From Vicugna vicugna (Eukaryota), in assembly GCA_013265495.1 (NCBI GenBank), contig MU061578.1:505308-569307 (forward strand): a stretch of 64,000 bases of DNA, read 5' to 3'. Of the stretch, positions 62,727 through 64,000 are shown one piece after another (the stretch's first letter is position 1; each line of letters opens with the position of its first letter). The position numbers and the translations under genes are program-made. The notes beneath the pieces are model-generated. The model had not been told where the DNA came from, did no database searches, and was given only the letters and a program-made list of their open reading frames with translations.

Positions 62727-63295
62727 CATTAGTTTCCTACTGTTGCATAAAAAATGACCACAAATTTAGCAGCTCAAAACAAGTCTCATGAATCATCTCC
62801 CAGTTCAGGAAGTCAAAAGTCCAGACACTGCCTGGCGGGGCTCTCTGCTCAGGGTCTCACAAAGCTGAAATCAAGCTGTCCCTCTGGGATGGAATTTCCT
62901 CTGAGGCTTAGGTCCCCTCTTCCAAGCTCACTGGTTGTTGGAAGAATTCAGTTTCTTGTGGTTGTGGGACTGAGACCCTCAGCTCCTAGAGGCTACCGCT
63001 CTCCATAAGCAGTTCACAAGAGGGCTGGCTGCCTGTCAACTTCCTAGAGAACTACAGATGGAACATGATGCTACATGTTCTTTGAGGGACTCAGCTGATT
63101 AGTCCAGGCCCACCCAGTAACATCTTCCTTGTAATTCCCTCAAAATCAACAGATCAGTAACCTAGTTATGGGATCACTATTATATTATACTCACAGATAC
63201 TGCCCAGACTCAAGGTGAGCAGATTATACAAGGCCATGGGACATTGAAGGTTGGGATTTGGGGAGGGAGGTCACCTTAGAATCCTGCCTACTACA
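62727..63295 (-). mobile_element. MLT1E-like LTR
   Basis: 'attagtttcctactgttgcataa...ccacaaatttagc...tctctgctcagggtctcacaaagctgaaatcaag...agaattcagtttcttgtggttgtgggactgag...ttagaatcctgcctactaca'. Confidence 0.85.
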
Positions 63296-64000
63296 ATTCA
63301 ATACTACCTGTACCTGATTCTTCCCCTTCATTCCACCTACACTACCCAGTCGAACCTCTTATCCCCTCACCCTCACATTTCTTAAAGTGCTTCCTGATAG
63401 GTATTCCAAGATGTCCCTCTTCACAAGACCTAGCAAAATGCCACCAAGTTGATCTTTCCCTGCTCAGACACCCTCAGTGGGTCCCCATCACTTGATGAAT
63501 AAAGTCAAACACTTTGGAGGAAAGGCTCACTATCTCATCCCACCTTCCCTGTAAAACTTATTTCCCCTTGCTTCTCTGATAATTTTCTTTATAGTTTATA
63601 TAGTTGGGGTTTTTTGGACAAATCCTTCTTAGCATCACTTTAGAGTTTGTACTTAATTCAATGTGTAGCTGAGGTTCAAGAAAGAGGATTTTCCAGAATC
63701 AATTAAAACAAAACTTAAGTGAGCAGGCAGGTTACTGATTTGCAGGAATTGTCTCAAACACATTGGAGCATCCAACTCCCCTGGATATTCCAAATAATTC
63801 TACAACACAAAGGAAAAAGCAGCTCACATTTTAAGTTACAGAAAAAGACCCAAACTCATTAGCTGTTCTGAAAATCTGGCTTCATTAGCAGGTGCTCAGA
63901 GCATCCAAGTATTGTGTCGTGAGTGGTGTCCCCTCCGGGAAAAGTGAGGGCAGGGGACTCCCAGAGGCAGCTTAACTTCCCCAACCTACTTCAAAATTAG

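Noticed and set aside
1..64000. Many TGA(C/G)TCA AP-1 heptamers across the window
   Set aside because: Short motif favoured by mammalian TG/CA excess, with several copies inside repeats; enrichment cannot be claimed without a background model

Overview
Mammalian, repeat-rich, apparently non-coding DNA (intergenic or deep intronic). I find no credible protein-coding gene, rRNA, true tRNA gene or CRISPR array. The provided ORFs are short chance ORFs or translations of repeats; 59289-59558 is a LINE-1 ORF2 remnant. Three tRNA-derived SINEs resemble the camelid Vic-1 family, and I saw no Alu, B1/B2, Bov-tA, PRE-1 or SINEC copies, so the source is probably a camelid (inference). The background is ancient eutherian repeats (MIR, L2, MLT1, LTR16, MER3/5/20/33/53/81/102, Zaphod-like), L1 3' fragments and two ERV1-type solo LTRs. 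Family names come from recalled consensus sequences and need RepeatMasker/Dfam confirmation; most boundaries are approximate, and many further MIR/L2 fragments are not listed. The two most unusual structures are (1) a near-perfect tandem duplication with a 1092-bp period (19551-21731) that carries a perfect ER6 nuclear-receptor element, and (2) a cryptic degenerate ~19-bp minisatellite (33769-34093). There are also candidate enhancers, two possible cryptic exons and one pre-miRNA-sized hairpin. I cannot support a claim of a new biological system from this sequence.
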